NCBI GenBank assembly: GCA_951406725.2
Contig: OX597822.1
Location: 116,498,001-116,562,000, forward strand
From: Octopus vulgaris
Taxonomy: Eukaryota
DNA length: 64,000 bases
Direction: 5' to 3'
Numbering within the stretch: position 1 is the first letter of the stretch; each line of letters begins with the position of its first letter. The position numbers and the translations under genes are program-made. Of the stretch, positions 24,833 through 38,990 are shown one piece after another. The notes under the pieces are model-generated. The model saw only the letters and a list, made by a program, of their open reading frames with translations. It did not search any database and was not told the DNA's origin.

Positions 24833-27496
24833 ATGTATGTATGCATGCATGTATGTATGTATGTATGTATGTACGTACGTATGTATGTATGTATGTACAT
24901 ACGTATGTATGTATGCATGTATGTATGTATGTATGTATGCATGTATGTATGTATGTTTGTATGTATGTATATTGTATGTGTATATATGTATCTATGTATG
25001 TATATGTGTGTGTATGTATGCATGTATGCATTCATGCATGTGTGTATGTATGTATGTATGTATGTATGCATGTATTACTAATTGCAAATCTGCTTCAGTT
25101 AGATAAAAGAAAAATCTGAAAAAGCAGAGCTAAAATTTCGCTTTTTCTTTTTTTTGTTTAAATAGCTTCAATGAAAAACCATGTAAAGAGCTGTCAAAGT
25201 CATGCAACTGCAAACGAAGTGAACTCTTCTTACAAAGGAGAAAAAAAAAGGACAAAAGCAGAACAAGAGAAATCAAAGTGATATTATAATATATAATATT
25301 TCAGTCGAATTATTATAATATGATAATATGATATAAAAATAACTATTTTATTGATTTCTACAATATGATAAACTCTAGTTAAAAGATGAAATATTTCTAT
25401 CATGTATTTCTGTAGATATTACAAATCAGAAAGACTGCTTTTGAAAGTATATTACAGAAATGTGAAACCCCAGTTTTTAGTGCATTGTTTCAAAGTTGAA
25501 TGATATCTAATAATGGTTCTAAATGTTGGTACAAGGCCTGTAACTTCGGGTGAGGGGATAAGTCGATTACACTGACCCCAGTGTCTAACTGGTCCTTATC
25601 TCCTTGATCCTGAAAGAATGAAAGGCAAATTTGACCTCAGTAGAATTTGAACTCAGAACGCTAAGATGAGCAAAATGCTGCTGAGGATTTTTCCCGGTGC
25701 AGAAATGATGCCCGGTGCCAGTTCTCCACCTTTTAGTTATTGAAGCAATAATAACTGTAATAATAATCACTTCTAAATACATTTCGTTGTCAGAAGTAAA
25801 GGGATAAAGACCTCTTTTGGTCATGAATGACCATGGGATTGCACCTAGAAAGTTACCTTCCAAGGCACAAGTCTGGACAAGGTTGTTTATGGAAGATCAG
25901 CATACCAGCCGTGTATACCAGCCTCCCATCTCTATGCCACCAATGTTATTCAAGGGAAAGGCAAAGGCCGATACAGCTTGGCACCTGTGACGTTGCAACT
26001 CATTTCTACAGCTGAGTGAACTGGAGTGACATGAAATAAAGTGTCTTGCTCAAGAACACAACACACAGCCCAGTCCAGGAATCGAACTCACTACCCCGTG
26101 ACTGTGAGCCCGATGCAGAAGTACAGTCAGTTCTATAGATTTCACTTGCCTTCATAGACTCCAATGAATGGGTTAATACACAAGTGTATGAGCATTCATG
26201 AATATAGGTGTCTATACATGGATTTGTGAATATGTATGCATAATTATGAGTGACAGTGTCAATAAACTAGCAGTGGGGATCTGTGTGTATATAAAATAAT
26301 TATCACAATATATGCGTTGAATATATGCATGTGTAAATGGATGTAGTTAATTGTTTCCTTGAATGAGTTTATCTAGGTTGTTGGATTCAATAAAAGAATT
26401 TTCCCTTTGATGTTCTGTTAACAAGTCTGCTAGTCAAGCAACAATATCTGTGAAGACTTCAGAATACTTGATTGTCAAATCTAGCTATCTAGCCACTTTA
26501 TTTGTTGATGGTGGCACAGTGGGACATAAAGTTGTACTGATAAACCAAATTGTCGAGATAAAACTAAGGTAATTATCTTGTCAAATTCTATTACTCCTTT
26601 CTTATCCATTTTACTCCCTTTCTTTTTATAGTTCTCTTGATTGAATACGATTACTAGCAATTGCCTACGCCAGAATGCTACGTGGGCACTTACTATTAAG
26701 ATTGCAAGATCAATCGGCATATTGCATTTTGTGGAGTTCTGATGGATTAATTCTGTCATGCACTGTAAAAGAAAACTTGCACACTGCATGGAATGAATAA
26801 ATAATTGGTAACAATAAGATGCCACATTGGTTATAATGGAAATTGACGAAACAATTGTAAACAATGTAGTAAAAGGAACTTGCTAATCTCATTCTTTGAT
26901 ATTTTTTATTAAATGTACTCTACAGATATTTAGAGGATTTTCAGATTATGGACAGTAGTGTCATAAGGAAGCTTTCCACTTTTCTATTTTCAGGTAGTCA
27001 CCATCTGTAGAGGTGCCTCATAAGGGAAATTCTTGGATTACATATAACAATTTACTTATTGAGACCCATTTCCTCTCATTGTTTTAGCTTTAAAGATGAA
27101 GCCACTCTGCTGGCGAGGTGGGTGAGCCAGTTATTACCGCTTCTGTTTAGTTAGCTTCTGACAAACAGACTCCATACTTGCTTCTGTGAGGTAGTCCTTC
27201 CATAGAGGTGGTAGTCTGGTACCTTTGTAGCTTGGTTGGACCTGCCAGGTATACATCCTGCTACCATAGCAACCAAACAACCATTGCCACTGTTACCTCA
27301 CTATGAGGTACCGTAGTAGGATTTTGCAACACGCATGTGTGCCCACGCATACACACACACAAATACATACATTATGAGAGGTATTTCAGGATATATTTGG
27401 TAGTTTAATAAAACAACTTTAATCTGTCAAAAACCAAAAGCAATAAAAATGTTTAAAAAAATGTACTCACCACATCAATATGGCTGTTTAATGGGA

Positions 27497-27987
27497 TCTG
27501 GTGATCCCGTTGTCACCTAGAAAATGGTAGAGGTTCATTCACCTGCTTTCAATATACACTGGGTGCAGATTGCATCAATAACCAACTGGAGGAGGCTCTT
27601 CCTGGGGTTAAAAATGGTAGTAACATCAAACGGCCATATTGATAATCATTACTTCTCAGTAGAATCACTATTCTCATCTCTTGTACAGATTTTCTAATGA
27701 GCTACTTTACTTGTTGCAAGATCAGTGACTGATTTGTCCCTTGGTTTTCTATAAACTGCAAGGGGGAGATAATTCCTGCATTCTCTAGTGGTCAGGTGTT
27801 CACTTCTGACGATGGACACAAATAGTCTGAAACTCTTTGGTCTGGTGATCCTATCGTCTGCTAGAAGATGGTAGACGTTTGCTCCCCTGCTTGTAATATA
27901 TACTGGGTATAGATTGCATTGATAACCAGCTGGAGGAGGCTCTGCCTGGGGTTAAAAATGGTAGTAATGTCAAACAGCTATATCGAT
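27497..27987 (+). repeat. Diverged direct repeat, period 344 bp (27497-27643 vs 27841-27987)
   Basis: TCTGGTGATCC...CTGGAGGAGGCTCT.CCTGGGGTTAAAAATGGTAGTAA occurs twice. Confidence 0.85.
27798..27850 (+). ncRNA. Type I hammerhead ribozyme-like motif
   Basis: TCACT-T-CTGACGA-T-GGAC(ACAAATA)GTCT-GAA-ACT(CTTT)GGT-C-T-GGTGA. The core boxes are intact, and stems I-III form if G-U pairs and a mismatch are allowed. Confidence 0.55.
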
Positions 27988-28011
27988 GTGGCAATAAACT
28001 ATACTGATGGA

Positions 28012-28541
28012 TCTCTTATATAAAATCTGTTCTGTCTGTCTGTGTGTCTTCTAGGATCTCGGGCATCCTCCATCCGATTGCACTCAAATTTGATATGTAG
28101 ATACCGACGGTATCCGGGCATGTAGAAGTCTTGAAAAAATTACAAAAATCGATTCCAGGTGAGAATGCGATCAATAAAACCGTGGGAACATGTATTTATA
28201 TGTGCAAGTACATCAGCTGTTGTGATCGATACTACGCGTATGCAAGAAAAATGCACGTGCAGTTTGTGCAAAAGAAATAATGCCACAAAATGCAGTATAT
28301 TTAAGAGACCAAAAAAGTAAGATGCAAAAGAGATATTTCCTTCAAACTTGGCATGAAGGAAGGAAAGACTATTTGGTTTCTCAAGAAGTATTTTTTTTGC
28401 CTTAACTTCGTTTAACAAAACCCAAAATTTTATTGAAATAAAGGTATGCTTAATTAGTTTTAATGAAAAGAAAACAGTGATTGCTTTTTATTCAGCAGAT
28501 ATGATTCAGCACCATCCATTGGACAGGGAGCGTTTTGCTCG
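28012..28541 (+). mobile_element. Non-autonomous Helitron (copy 1)
   Basis: A|TC 5' end, ~175-bp 5' block shared with copy 2, and a degenerate 3' hairpin followed by TTTTGCTCG. Confidence 0.7.
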
Positions 28542-29094
28542 TCTAATATATAAAATTCGTTATCTGTCTGTGTGTGTGTGTCTTCTAGGATCTCAGGCGT
28601 CCTCCATCCAATTGCGCTCAAATTTGATATGTAGATACCGACGGTATCAGGCCGTGTATAAGTCTTGAAAATATTACAAAAATCGATTCCAGGTGAGAAT
28701 GCGATTGATAAAGCCATTTTTGTCCTGCTTTTCTTCTGTCAACCTGTACATAACTGCACCTTCCATTTTTTGTTGTTTTTGTACTGTTTAAAGGCACGTT
28801 TCTTTCCTGCCAAGCTTACTATTTAAACTATGTTTGTGTTCTCCCAGTCAACAGCCTTATCATTACTGGTACTTCAATCTCTTCGGTTGCATATTTGTGT
28901 GAATAAAATCGTTTTTCTTTGGAATAGAAAAAAAGTCTATCTTTATTTCTTCTTTTGCTGATGTCTCAAATTTAGGTTAAATCAGTGTTTCTCAAAGGGG
29001 AGGCCTATGGGATGGTCGGACAAGTTGTTTTGAGAAAATTTGGTTTAAATGTTTGACAACTCAGCCCCGTCAATTGGACGGGGGCGTTTTGCTC

Positions 29095-29095
<1 letters not shown>
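28542..29095 (+). mobile_element. Non-autonomous Helitron (copy 2, tandem)
   Basis: TC start, 3' hairpin GCCCCGTC-AATTG-GACGGGG(G)C, then TTTTGCTCG|T. Confidence 0.75.
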
Positions 29096-29132
<37 letters not shown>

Positions 29133-29456
29133 AAATGTTAGCACTAAGCAGTGTTTAGGTATGAGTAGAATTTAGGTTAGTTGAAATATGTTTGTGACAT
29201 ATTTCAATTGTTAAAAGGCAAATACATTGCAGTTACCATGGAGACTATATCTCTCTTATGGTAAAAAGGTGTCAAAACACCCAGTTCACTCAGTGTCGTC
29301 ATCTATTAGGAATCTCAGACATCAATGTTTCAAGCTTCTTGGCTCTTGTCAATGAGATGTACTTAAGAGAGGCAACTTTGAATGAACTTATAAAGTCATT
29401 GCTTTATGTATGTTTTTGCACTAGTAAATTGCCTGATTGAGAAAGATAACGAAATG

Positions 29457-29498
<42 letters not shown>

Positions 29499-30106
29499 GT
29501 ATAACATCTAATTACCTTTGTCCAGCCAGCTGCCATGATTGACTGCTAGCTCCAAAAGGGTTTTTATTCTCTTTCTGTTTATTTCCTTGTGTTCCTTTCT
29601 GTTGAAGAGCTTAGGCTTGAAACATAAAACATTTTCTCACCTTCCCGAGCATTAAACTAATACACCTGCTTGTTGTTTATACACCTGTCTTCGTCTTTTG
29701 TTTTGTTGTAAATTTCAATTATATATAGAGAGAGAGAAAGAGAGAGAGAGACACACACACACACACATACACATGTATGTATATGTGTCTGTATGTATAT
29801 GTGTCACCCCACCATTCCTTGACGACTGATGCTGGTGTGTTTACGTCTCCGTAACTTAGCAGTTCAGCAAAAGAGAATGATAGAATAAGTACTAGGTTTG
29901 CAAAGAATAAGTTCTGGGGTTGATTTGTTCAACTAAAGGTTGTGCTCCAGCATGGGCACAGTCAAATGACTAAAACAAGTAAAAAATATATATATACACA
30001 CATACGCATGCTCACACACGCACACACACACACACACACACACGCACACACATATATATATGTATATAAATGTGTGTGTGTGTGTATAAATATGTGTGTG
30101 TATGTG

Positions 30107-30161
<55 letters not shown>

Positions 30162-30535
30162 AAAGAGAGTGAGTCAAATAGATAGATAGATAGGCAGACA
30201 AGCAATATAGAGTAGTTTTGATATGTCAAACACCTTCTTCTGTGTGTGTGTGTGTGGGTGTGTGTGCTAGTGCACACGCATGTATGTGTGAGTGTATGAA
30301 TGTGTGTGTGATTGTGTGTGTGTGTATGTGTGCATGTGTGTGTGAGTATGCTCATGTGCGTGTTTAAATTTCATAATAGAACTAACATTTCAGGGAAATT
30401 AGCATAATTTCTCAGAAGATTACAGGAATTCAGTTTCAACTGTTATTTGCCTCTTTTCTCCACCCTTATATATACCAACAGCTCTCTCACCCTCTTTATC
30501 TCTCTCTCCCTCTCCCTCTCCCTCTCTCTGTATGA

Positions 30536-30573
<38 letters not shown>

Positions 30574-30610
30574 ATGTGTATGTATATGCATATGTATGTA
30601 AGTGTGCATG

Positions 30611-30643
<33 letters not shown>

Positions 30644-30669
30644 TTGTATGTATGCATCTATCTATCTAT

Positions 30670-30715
<46 letters not shown>

Positions 30716-30726
30716 GTATGTATCTA

Positions 30727-30777
<51 letters not shown>

Positions 30778-30792
30778 TTATATGTATTTATC

Positions 30793-30825
<33 letters not shown>

Positions 30826-31305
30826 ATATATATATATATATCTATATATATATATATATATATGTATGTATCTATATATATATATATATCTGTCTGTCTG
30901 TGTAATGTTTCTCAAGAGTGAAATAAGAGGCATATACTCCAAAATGTTTGCCGAAAATGAGGTAACGCACTTCCGTCCTCTTGAATCATCCAAATAATTC
31001 CTGTCCAGTGAGCCAGCCAGCCCAGCTCTTCCTTACCCAACTCTTCCTCGCCCACCACTACACAAGCAAGCAGATGACACACACCACAGCTGTAATGACA
31101 TCAAATTGACAATATTTCTTCGTTTTAAAATCCTCCTCACTTGCCAGGAAGTGCTACGGTCCTCGTTTAATGCTAATTAGGACGGTGTTATTTAGATTTT
31201 CTCGGAAGCACTTTTGTTGGAATCATTCGTTCCACTGCTCTAGAATTTTCTCCCTTATTTCTTTATCATCATCATCATCATCATCATCATCGTTGTTATT
31301 ATTAA

Positions 31306-31382
<77 letters not shown>

Positions 31383-31857
31383 ATGGTGGCAGTGGCATTG
31401 CTGCTGCTGCTGTCATCATCATCATCACCATCATCACCATCATTTTATTTATGGGGGTGTTATTTTCTTTTTCTTTGATTTACTAAGTAATGTTCAATAA
31501 TAATAATAAGAAGAAGAAGAATTCCTACTATAGGCCTGAAATTAAGGGGGCAGAAACTAATTGATTTTATTGGCCCCAGCGCTCAACTGGTACTTATTTC
31601 ATCAAATCTGAAAGAATGACAGGCAAAGTTGATCTTGGTGGAATTTGAACTCAGTTCACAAAGCTTGAAGAAATGGCACTAACCATTTTCTCTGGCTGAT
31701 GTGCTAACTATTCTGCCAGTTCACTGCCTTTAAAAATGAAAGGCAAAGTTAACCTCAGTGAGATTTGAACTCAGAACATAAAGAGCCGGAAGAAATTTAG
31801 CTAATCATTTTATCTAGAGCTCTAATGATTCTACAAGTTTAATATTCAAAATAATTG

Positions 31858-32835
<978 letters not shown>

Positions 32836-32836
32836 G

Positions 32837-33230
32837 GACGTAGTCTTAATTAAGAAAGAAAACAAACTATGCTGGATCATAGATATAGCATGCCCAGCTG
32901 ACAACAAGGTATGTGATAAGGAAGAAAGAAAAGTCGAGTGATATGACAGGTTAGCTTGGGAAGTTAAGCAGTTGTGGTCAATGGAAAAAGGTGGTAGTGG
33001 TGCCAATAATTGTCAGAGCCCTGGGAACAGTAAGCAAAAATTTTGAGAAGTATGTGGGACAAATACGGGCTGCAATAAGGGTGGAGCATTTGCAGAAAAC
33101 AGCACTGCTTGGAACTGGTCAAATACTCCAGAAGGTACTCGAAAACTAAGAGGTGTTACCTTAGTTCACTGGTCATGAACAGCTGACACCGTAATACATC
33201 TCCAGCGTTAGAATCTTTGCAAAGGCAATG
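32837..33230 (+). mobile_element. R4/Dong-like non-LTR retrotransposon 3' end (restriction-like endonuclease)
   Basis: DVVLIKKENKLCWIIDIACPAD..KEERK..Y..VPIIV.ALG..LQKTALLGT, flanked by (TAA)n. Confidence 0.85.
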
Positions 33231-33331
33231 ACAATAATAATAATAATATTAATAATAATAATAATAATAATAATTTATTTCTTTATTTAAAATATTTATT
33301 TCTTTAATAATAATAATAATAATAAAAATAA

Positions 33332-33842
33332 TGTGGCTTCTTATCTTAACTGATTGGAAGTGTTATCATGTACATTGCTTTGTCTTGGTGTAAAAGATAG
33401 GCTACAGCAAATATTCTGCTCAATTTGCTTGTCAGTTGTTTGACTTTAACCAGTTGAGCATGTCCCTTCGTGGCTGACGATATGTGCATCTCTGATCACG
33501 AGCAGAAGTAGTGGGGGAGCATCATAGCCATGTGTTGAGAGGGATTCTTTGGGGTTTGAATAATTCACCTCTGGAAACATGGGTGTTTCATTCAACATCC
33601 TTAAACAACCTTTATTCAGGGACCTTTTGAGTGGGATGGGTTACTCGACCAGAAGAAAATTCTAACTGGGCCCCACCTGCAAGGTCATGCGCTGTTTATC
33701 TTGATATGAGATCATGTCACACACATATGGTTGTGATGCATGTGCCTGGTGTACCCTTATCAGACGGGTAGTCATGATGGGTATACTGGGCTTCGTATAT
33801 TTTACCCGTGTCACTTTGATGGCATGCACTACTCTCTCACTC
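33332..33842 (+). mobile_element. Non-coding (TAA)n-embedded element, putative Dong-mobilised non-autonomous element
   Basis: Embedded in TAA repeats, with its 5' part repeated at 35441-35537. The 3' end CTCTCTCACTC(AAT)n is shared with 44443-44800. Confidence 0.55.
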
Positions 33843-33849
33843 AATAATA

Positions 33850-33889
<40 letters not shown>

Positions 33890-34134
33890 TAATAAGGATA
33901 ATAATAATGGCTTCAAAGTTTGGCACAAGGCCAGCAATTTCAAGCGATAAGTTAACTAAATCAATCCCAGTGTTCAACTGGTACATATTTCATCGACCCT
34001 GGAAGGATGAAAAGCAAAGTCCACCTTGGTACAATTTAAGCTCAGAACATGAAGATGGATGAAACGTCGCTAAGCAATTTGCCCTGCATGCTAACAATTC
34101 TGCCAGTTTCACCACCTTAATGTTAATAATAATG

Positions 34135-34173
<39 letters not shown>

Positions 34174-34208
34174 GATGATAATAATAAAAATAATAATAAT
34201 AATAATAA

Positions 34209-34579
34209 ATACCTGTTGTCATAGGTGCCCTGGGAATGATAGCGAAAGGGACTGATTGCTACCTAACTCAGATACCAGGAAACCCCAAAATGGCAGAAAT
34301 TCAAAAGATAGTGCTCATGGGAACTGCACATATCCTACGCAAAATACTCTCTATGTAATCCCAAGGTTTAAAACAAACTTTTTTGTTCATTTATTTAAAT
34401 TTAAAAAATTTTTTTTTTTTAAATTTTTTTTTTTATGTATTAGACATTCACTAGTACAACACCAAAAAAAAAAAAAAACCCCAAATATATGGCACAGAAC
34501 TTCCAACCTGTTGTCTCTTGAGGTCTCTGGGTGAGACTTGGAGCCAACTTGTACAGACATAAAGCAAAAGTCAAACATA

Positions 34580-34581
<2 letters not shown>
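34209..34581 (+). mobile_element. R4/Dong-like 3' end (short copy)
   Basis: Nearly identical to 34976-35402 (IPVVIGALGMI..QKIVLMGTAHILRKIL), in TAA repeats. Confidence 0.85.
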
Positions 34582-34641
<60 letters not shown>

Positions 34642-34650
34642 GTAGTAGTA

Positions 34651-34725
<75 letters not shown>

Positions 34726-34731
34726 GTAGTA

Positions 34732-34768
<37 letters not shown>

Positions 34769-34770
<2 letters not shown>

Positions 34771-35402
34771 GAACTTCACCATTCAAACTGACAGGAAGAT
34801 AGATGCAAATAGGCCAGACATTATATTGAAAGACTTCAGACAAAGAACATGCCTCCTCATTGATATGACTGTCCCAATCGATATAAACGTATCTGTCAAG
34901 ACCTACCAAAAACTGAGCAAGTATAAAGATCTTGAAATAGAAATCAGCAAAATGTGGAAGCTGAAGACTAAAACAATACCTGTTGTCATAGGTGCCCTGG
35001 GAATGATAGCGAAAGGGACTGATTGCTACCTAACTCAGATACCAGGAAACCCCAAAATGGCAGAAATTCAAAAGATAGTGCTCATGGGAACTGCTCATAT
35101 CCTACGCAAAATACTCTCTATGTAATCCCAAGGTTTAAAACAAACTCTTTTGTTTATTTATTTTAATTTTTAAAAAAATTTTTTTTTTATTATTTTATTT
35201 TTTTAATTTAATTTTATTTTATTTATTTTTTTTTATTTATTTATTTATTTTTTTTATGTATTAGGCATCCTCTAGTACAACACCAAAAAAAAAAAAAAAA
35301 ACCCAAATATATGGCACAGAACTTCCAACCTGTTGTCTCTTGAGGTCTCTGGGTGAGACTTGGAGCCAACTTGTACAGACATAAAGCAAAAGTCAAACAT
35401 AG
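34769..35402 (+). mobile_element. R4/Dong-like 3' end with RLE domain
   Basis: WNFTIQTDRKIDANRPDIILKD..LIDMTVP..KLSKYKDL, a PD-(D/E)xK-type RLE, flanked by (TAA)n. Confidence 0.9.
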
Positions 35403-35438
<36 letters not shown>

Positions 35439-36243
35439 ATGTCCTGATGCAGTACCAGGCAGTGGCTTTCATGGCTTCTGATCTTAACTGATTGGAAGTG
35501 TTATCATGTACAGTGTTTTGTTTTGGTATAAAAGATCATGGCAGAATTTGAACTCAGAACGTAAGGATGGGTGTAATGCTGCTAAGCATTTTGCCCAGTG
35601 TGCTAACGATTCTGCCAGCTCACCACCTTAATAATAATAATAAGAAGAAGGAGGAGGAGGAGGAGGAGGAGATGTTGAAGAAAGGAAATTGGGGGGATGT
35701 GGAGGGAGAATAATCATTCCGTTATTGACCCCTCCCCCACAAGGTATTATAATGGTACAAAAATAAGAAATGTTCACTGGTGGTTATTGTCAGTCTGTTG
35801 GTTAAAATGACAGAAGTTCCAGTTGATCCGATCAATGGAACAGCCTGCTTGTGAAATTAACATGCAAGTGGCTGAGCCCTCCTTATAGACATGTACCCTT
35901 AATGTATTTCTTAAGGAGGTTTAGTTTGACACAGTGTGAGACAAGGCTGGCCCCCTTTGAATGACAGGTACAGCTCATTTTTGCCATGTTGAGTGGACTG
36001 GAGCAACATGAAGTAAAGTGTCTTGCTCAAGGATACAATGGCCTGCTAGGAATTGAACTCACAGCCTTACGATTGTGAGCCGAATACCCTAACCGCTAAG
36101 CCAAATGCCTTCACTACTAGTGGTTACAAAGACAGAAAGGACAACATGGAATGTTAAAAAACACAAAGAGAAATTAGAAAACAAGATGGAAGTTATGAAA
36201 TATATGAAAGGAAGTATCAAAAATGTTAATGGTACACACGTAC

Positions 36244-36836
36244 ACTCTAGCTCTTACTCTAACCATCACCCTAATCTTAACTCTAACCCTAATACTCACT
36301 TCAACTTTAATCCTAACTCTAACTGTATAACTTACCTTAATGCTAACCCTAACCCTAAATCTAACCCTAAGCCCTAAATCTTAAAGCTAACCCAAACCTT
36401 AAAGCTAACCCTACCCAAAATCCTCACCTTTATGCTAACCCTAACCTCTAATCCTGACCCTGACCGTAACCCTAATCCTGACATTAACTGCAAACTATCC
36501 CTTGCTGTAACACTAAATCTAACACATCCAACCCTAAACTAAACCTTTAACTTTAGCTTAACCCTAATCCTGACCTTTAATTTGACCCTTACCCTAATCC
36601 TGACATTTCCTTTGACCATTACTCTAACTTTGACATTAACCTTCACCCCATAACCCTAACCCTATCCTTTATCATAACTCTAAACCTAACCCTGACCCTA
36701 TCCCTAATCCTAATGCTAGTCTTCTGTCCAAATCCAGTCCTTAATCTTAACCTCTAACCCTTATTCTAACCCTAACCCTAGACCCTAAACTCTAAACCCT
36801 TACTCTATCTCTGTCTCTAACCTTAACCTTAACCCT
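36244..36836 (+). repeat. Degenerate interstitial telomere-like (TAACCC)n tract
   Basis: Hexamer periodicity with CCTAAC, CCTGAC, CTTAAC and CCTAAT variants. Confidence 0.85.
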
Positions 36837-36917
36837 ATGTACACACACACATAAGTTTAGTTATACACACAATACTATATGCACACATTAATACATATAC
36901 ACATATTTATAAATACA

Positions 36918-36952
<35 letters not shown>

Positions 36953-37112
36953 CACGTAAAAAACACCCACTACATCACGGAGTGGTTGGCGTTAGGAAGG
37001 GCATCCAGCCGTAGAAACACTGCCAGATCTGACTGGGTCTGACGAAGCCTTCCAGCTTCACAGACCCCAGTTGAACCGTCCAACCCATGCTAGCATGGAA
37101 AGCGGACGCTAA

Positions 37113-37150
<38 letters not shown>

Positions 37151-37327
37151 ATGTATGTATGTATGTATATGTATAAACATGCATCTGCACCTGTACATGC
37201 ACAAATATGCACATGTACATACATACACACACCCATATGCAAACACATGCATATACACACATTTTTGCACCGAAATAAAAAAAAATATAATAAAGCACAG
37301 AATAATTAAAACAAAATATAATTTTGT

Positions 37328-37669
37328 TGTAGTGGAAATGGTGGACCCCTCCCCCGGGACAAGTGAGACGACGTCAGCCAGTACAAGGAGTTGTGTGTCA
37401 GTCGTTGTGGAGTCATTGTATGAGTTCTCAGTTGGAGTTAAGTGTCAGTTACGTGTTACAGTCAAGTTCAAGTCACAATTGAGGCAAGCAGTTCAAATTT
37501 GGTGTCTTGCAGAGCTATCAGCAATAATAGCATGAGAGACAAAGTGGTGTGTTACCATTCCGGTATAGAAGAGATACACTGTATCCAATACCAAGAAAAT
37601 ACCGTGATTACTAGAGTAGATATATAGTCTCAACAGTGGCTGCACATAATAAGTGTGGAAAACACCACA
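37328..37669 (+). mobile_element. Possible solo LTR
   Basis: TGTAGTG...CACCACA imperfect inverted termini; no clean target-site duplication. Confidence 0.3.
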
Positions 37670-37899
37670 TGATAACAAATTTAAAGAAATAAGTTAGGAT
37701 TTTCTAACTAGGATAAATTAGGGCCTTCCATGACCATGTTATCTTAATCATGTCTCAAATTGTGTTTGAGGGCAGCTAAATGTACTATGAAGCATTTTTG
37801 AGGCATTTGGTGTTGGAAAAACACCATCTTCAAGGTAATCTCTTTTGAGAATGTCTTGATTTTATTTTTACTAGTAATCTGTCTTTTGTATATTGTCTA

Positions 37900-38990
37900 T
37901 ATTCTGAACATACCTGTTTTATGTCTTTCTAACTTCTTAGGAGAGTCAATGACACCACAGTTGCACAACTTTGTTAACTATTTGTTTGGTCTTTTGTAGA
38001 ATGGTGAATTCTAGTTTGTCTACATTTTTTTCTTTTTTTTTTCCTGAGGACAAATTTTTATTCTTGTTTCTACGGATTCATTCCTCTTCTCTTATTTTCA
38101 TTATTTTATGTTGAGTCAACTTCTTCTGTGGTGCTTTTCTGTTTTCCTTTTGTGTTTTGATGACACTTTTGAGAAGATACTATCGGTTGGTACTGCTAGG
38201 AGACAAGGCACTTGCTCATTAATTTGTGATACTGGATCTAAAGATATTTCCTTTGCTATTCCATAATCTTTGGATGGAAGTGCTTTGGAAACTGGAGTTG
38301 TCTTTTTTTTTTTTTGCTGTTGTTCGTTATAATTTTCCTTTCCCTTTTTTTTGATTACTCATCCCAGTTCTTCAAGTCATTCAGTTCTGAGGCTTATCTT
38401 ACTCCAACAAAGGTAACTACTTGGCTTTCTACCCTGTATCATCAATCCCATATCTTTTGCTTTTGTGGCCTTCAGGTGTCATTAATACTTACTGGTCCAT
38501 TTTGACGACCAATAACTTCAGCTCACTTTCCATTAAGTCTATTTTAACCAATCTTCTGTATTTTGACCCAAAAGTCCCTTCTATCGATGGGTCTACATTG
38601 TGCCCAATGTTTCTTATTGTAATTCTTGTGTTTCTTCTACTCATGTACTAGGGCACAAATGTATACTCAGAGGTATATCCCACAAATTCAGCCTATGTTT
38701 TGACTGCATCTTCAGTTTGAAAAGTATGCCAGATAGTGGCATAGCTTCTGTTTTCTCAATTGAAATAACTTCTCCCAATGTGTCCTGGAGGGTTTGTTGT
38801 GCTAGTTGACATGAGGGGAAAATTTAGTCTCCTTCTCTCTTTTCATAAGTAGAGGCATATAACTTCACCCTCTCCAGGGTTATCTCTTGTGGTTAAGCAA
38901 AGCTGTCGGAATTTACAAAATCCTCCCTGCTCCATTTTTTTCTGATAATGGTGTTAAGTCCAAATATTCCAATTCCATCGATGGAATTTG
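37900..38990 (-). pseudogene. Highly decayed LINE ORF1-like remnant (L1/Tx1-type?)
   Basis: Broken minus-strand frames (FVP-YMSRRNTRITIRNI; IQGRKPSSYLC, resembling a decayed zinc knuckle) and an A-rich sense strand. Confidence 0.3.

Noticed and set aside
26180-26900. Unique-looking stretch with a 127-aa minus-strand ORF, possibly a decayed RT
   Set aside because: I found no convincing motif in any frame.
27092-27120. GATGAA-GCCA..TGGC-GAGG hammerhead-like fragment
   Set aside because: Both core boxes are broken and there is no stem I.
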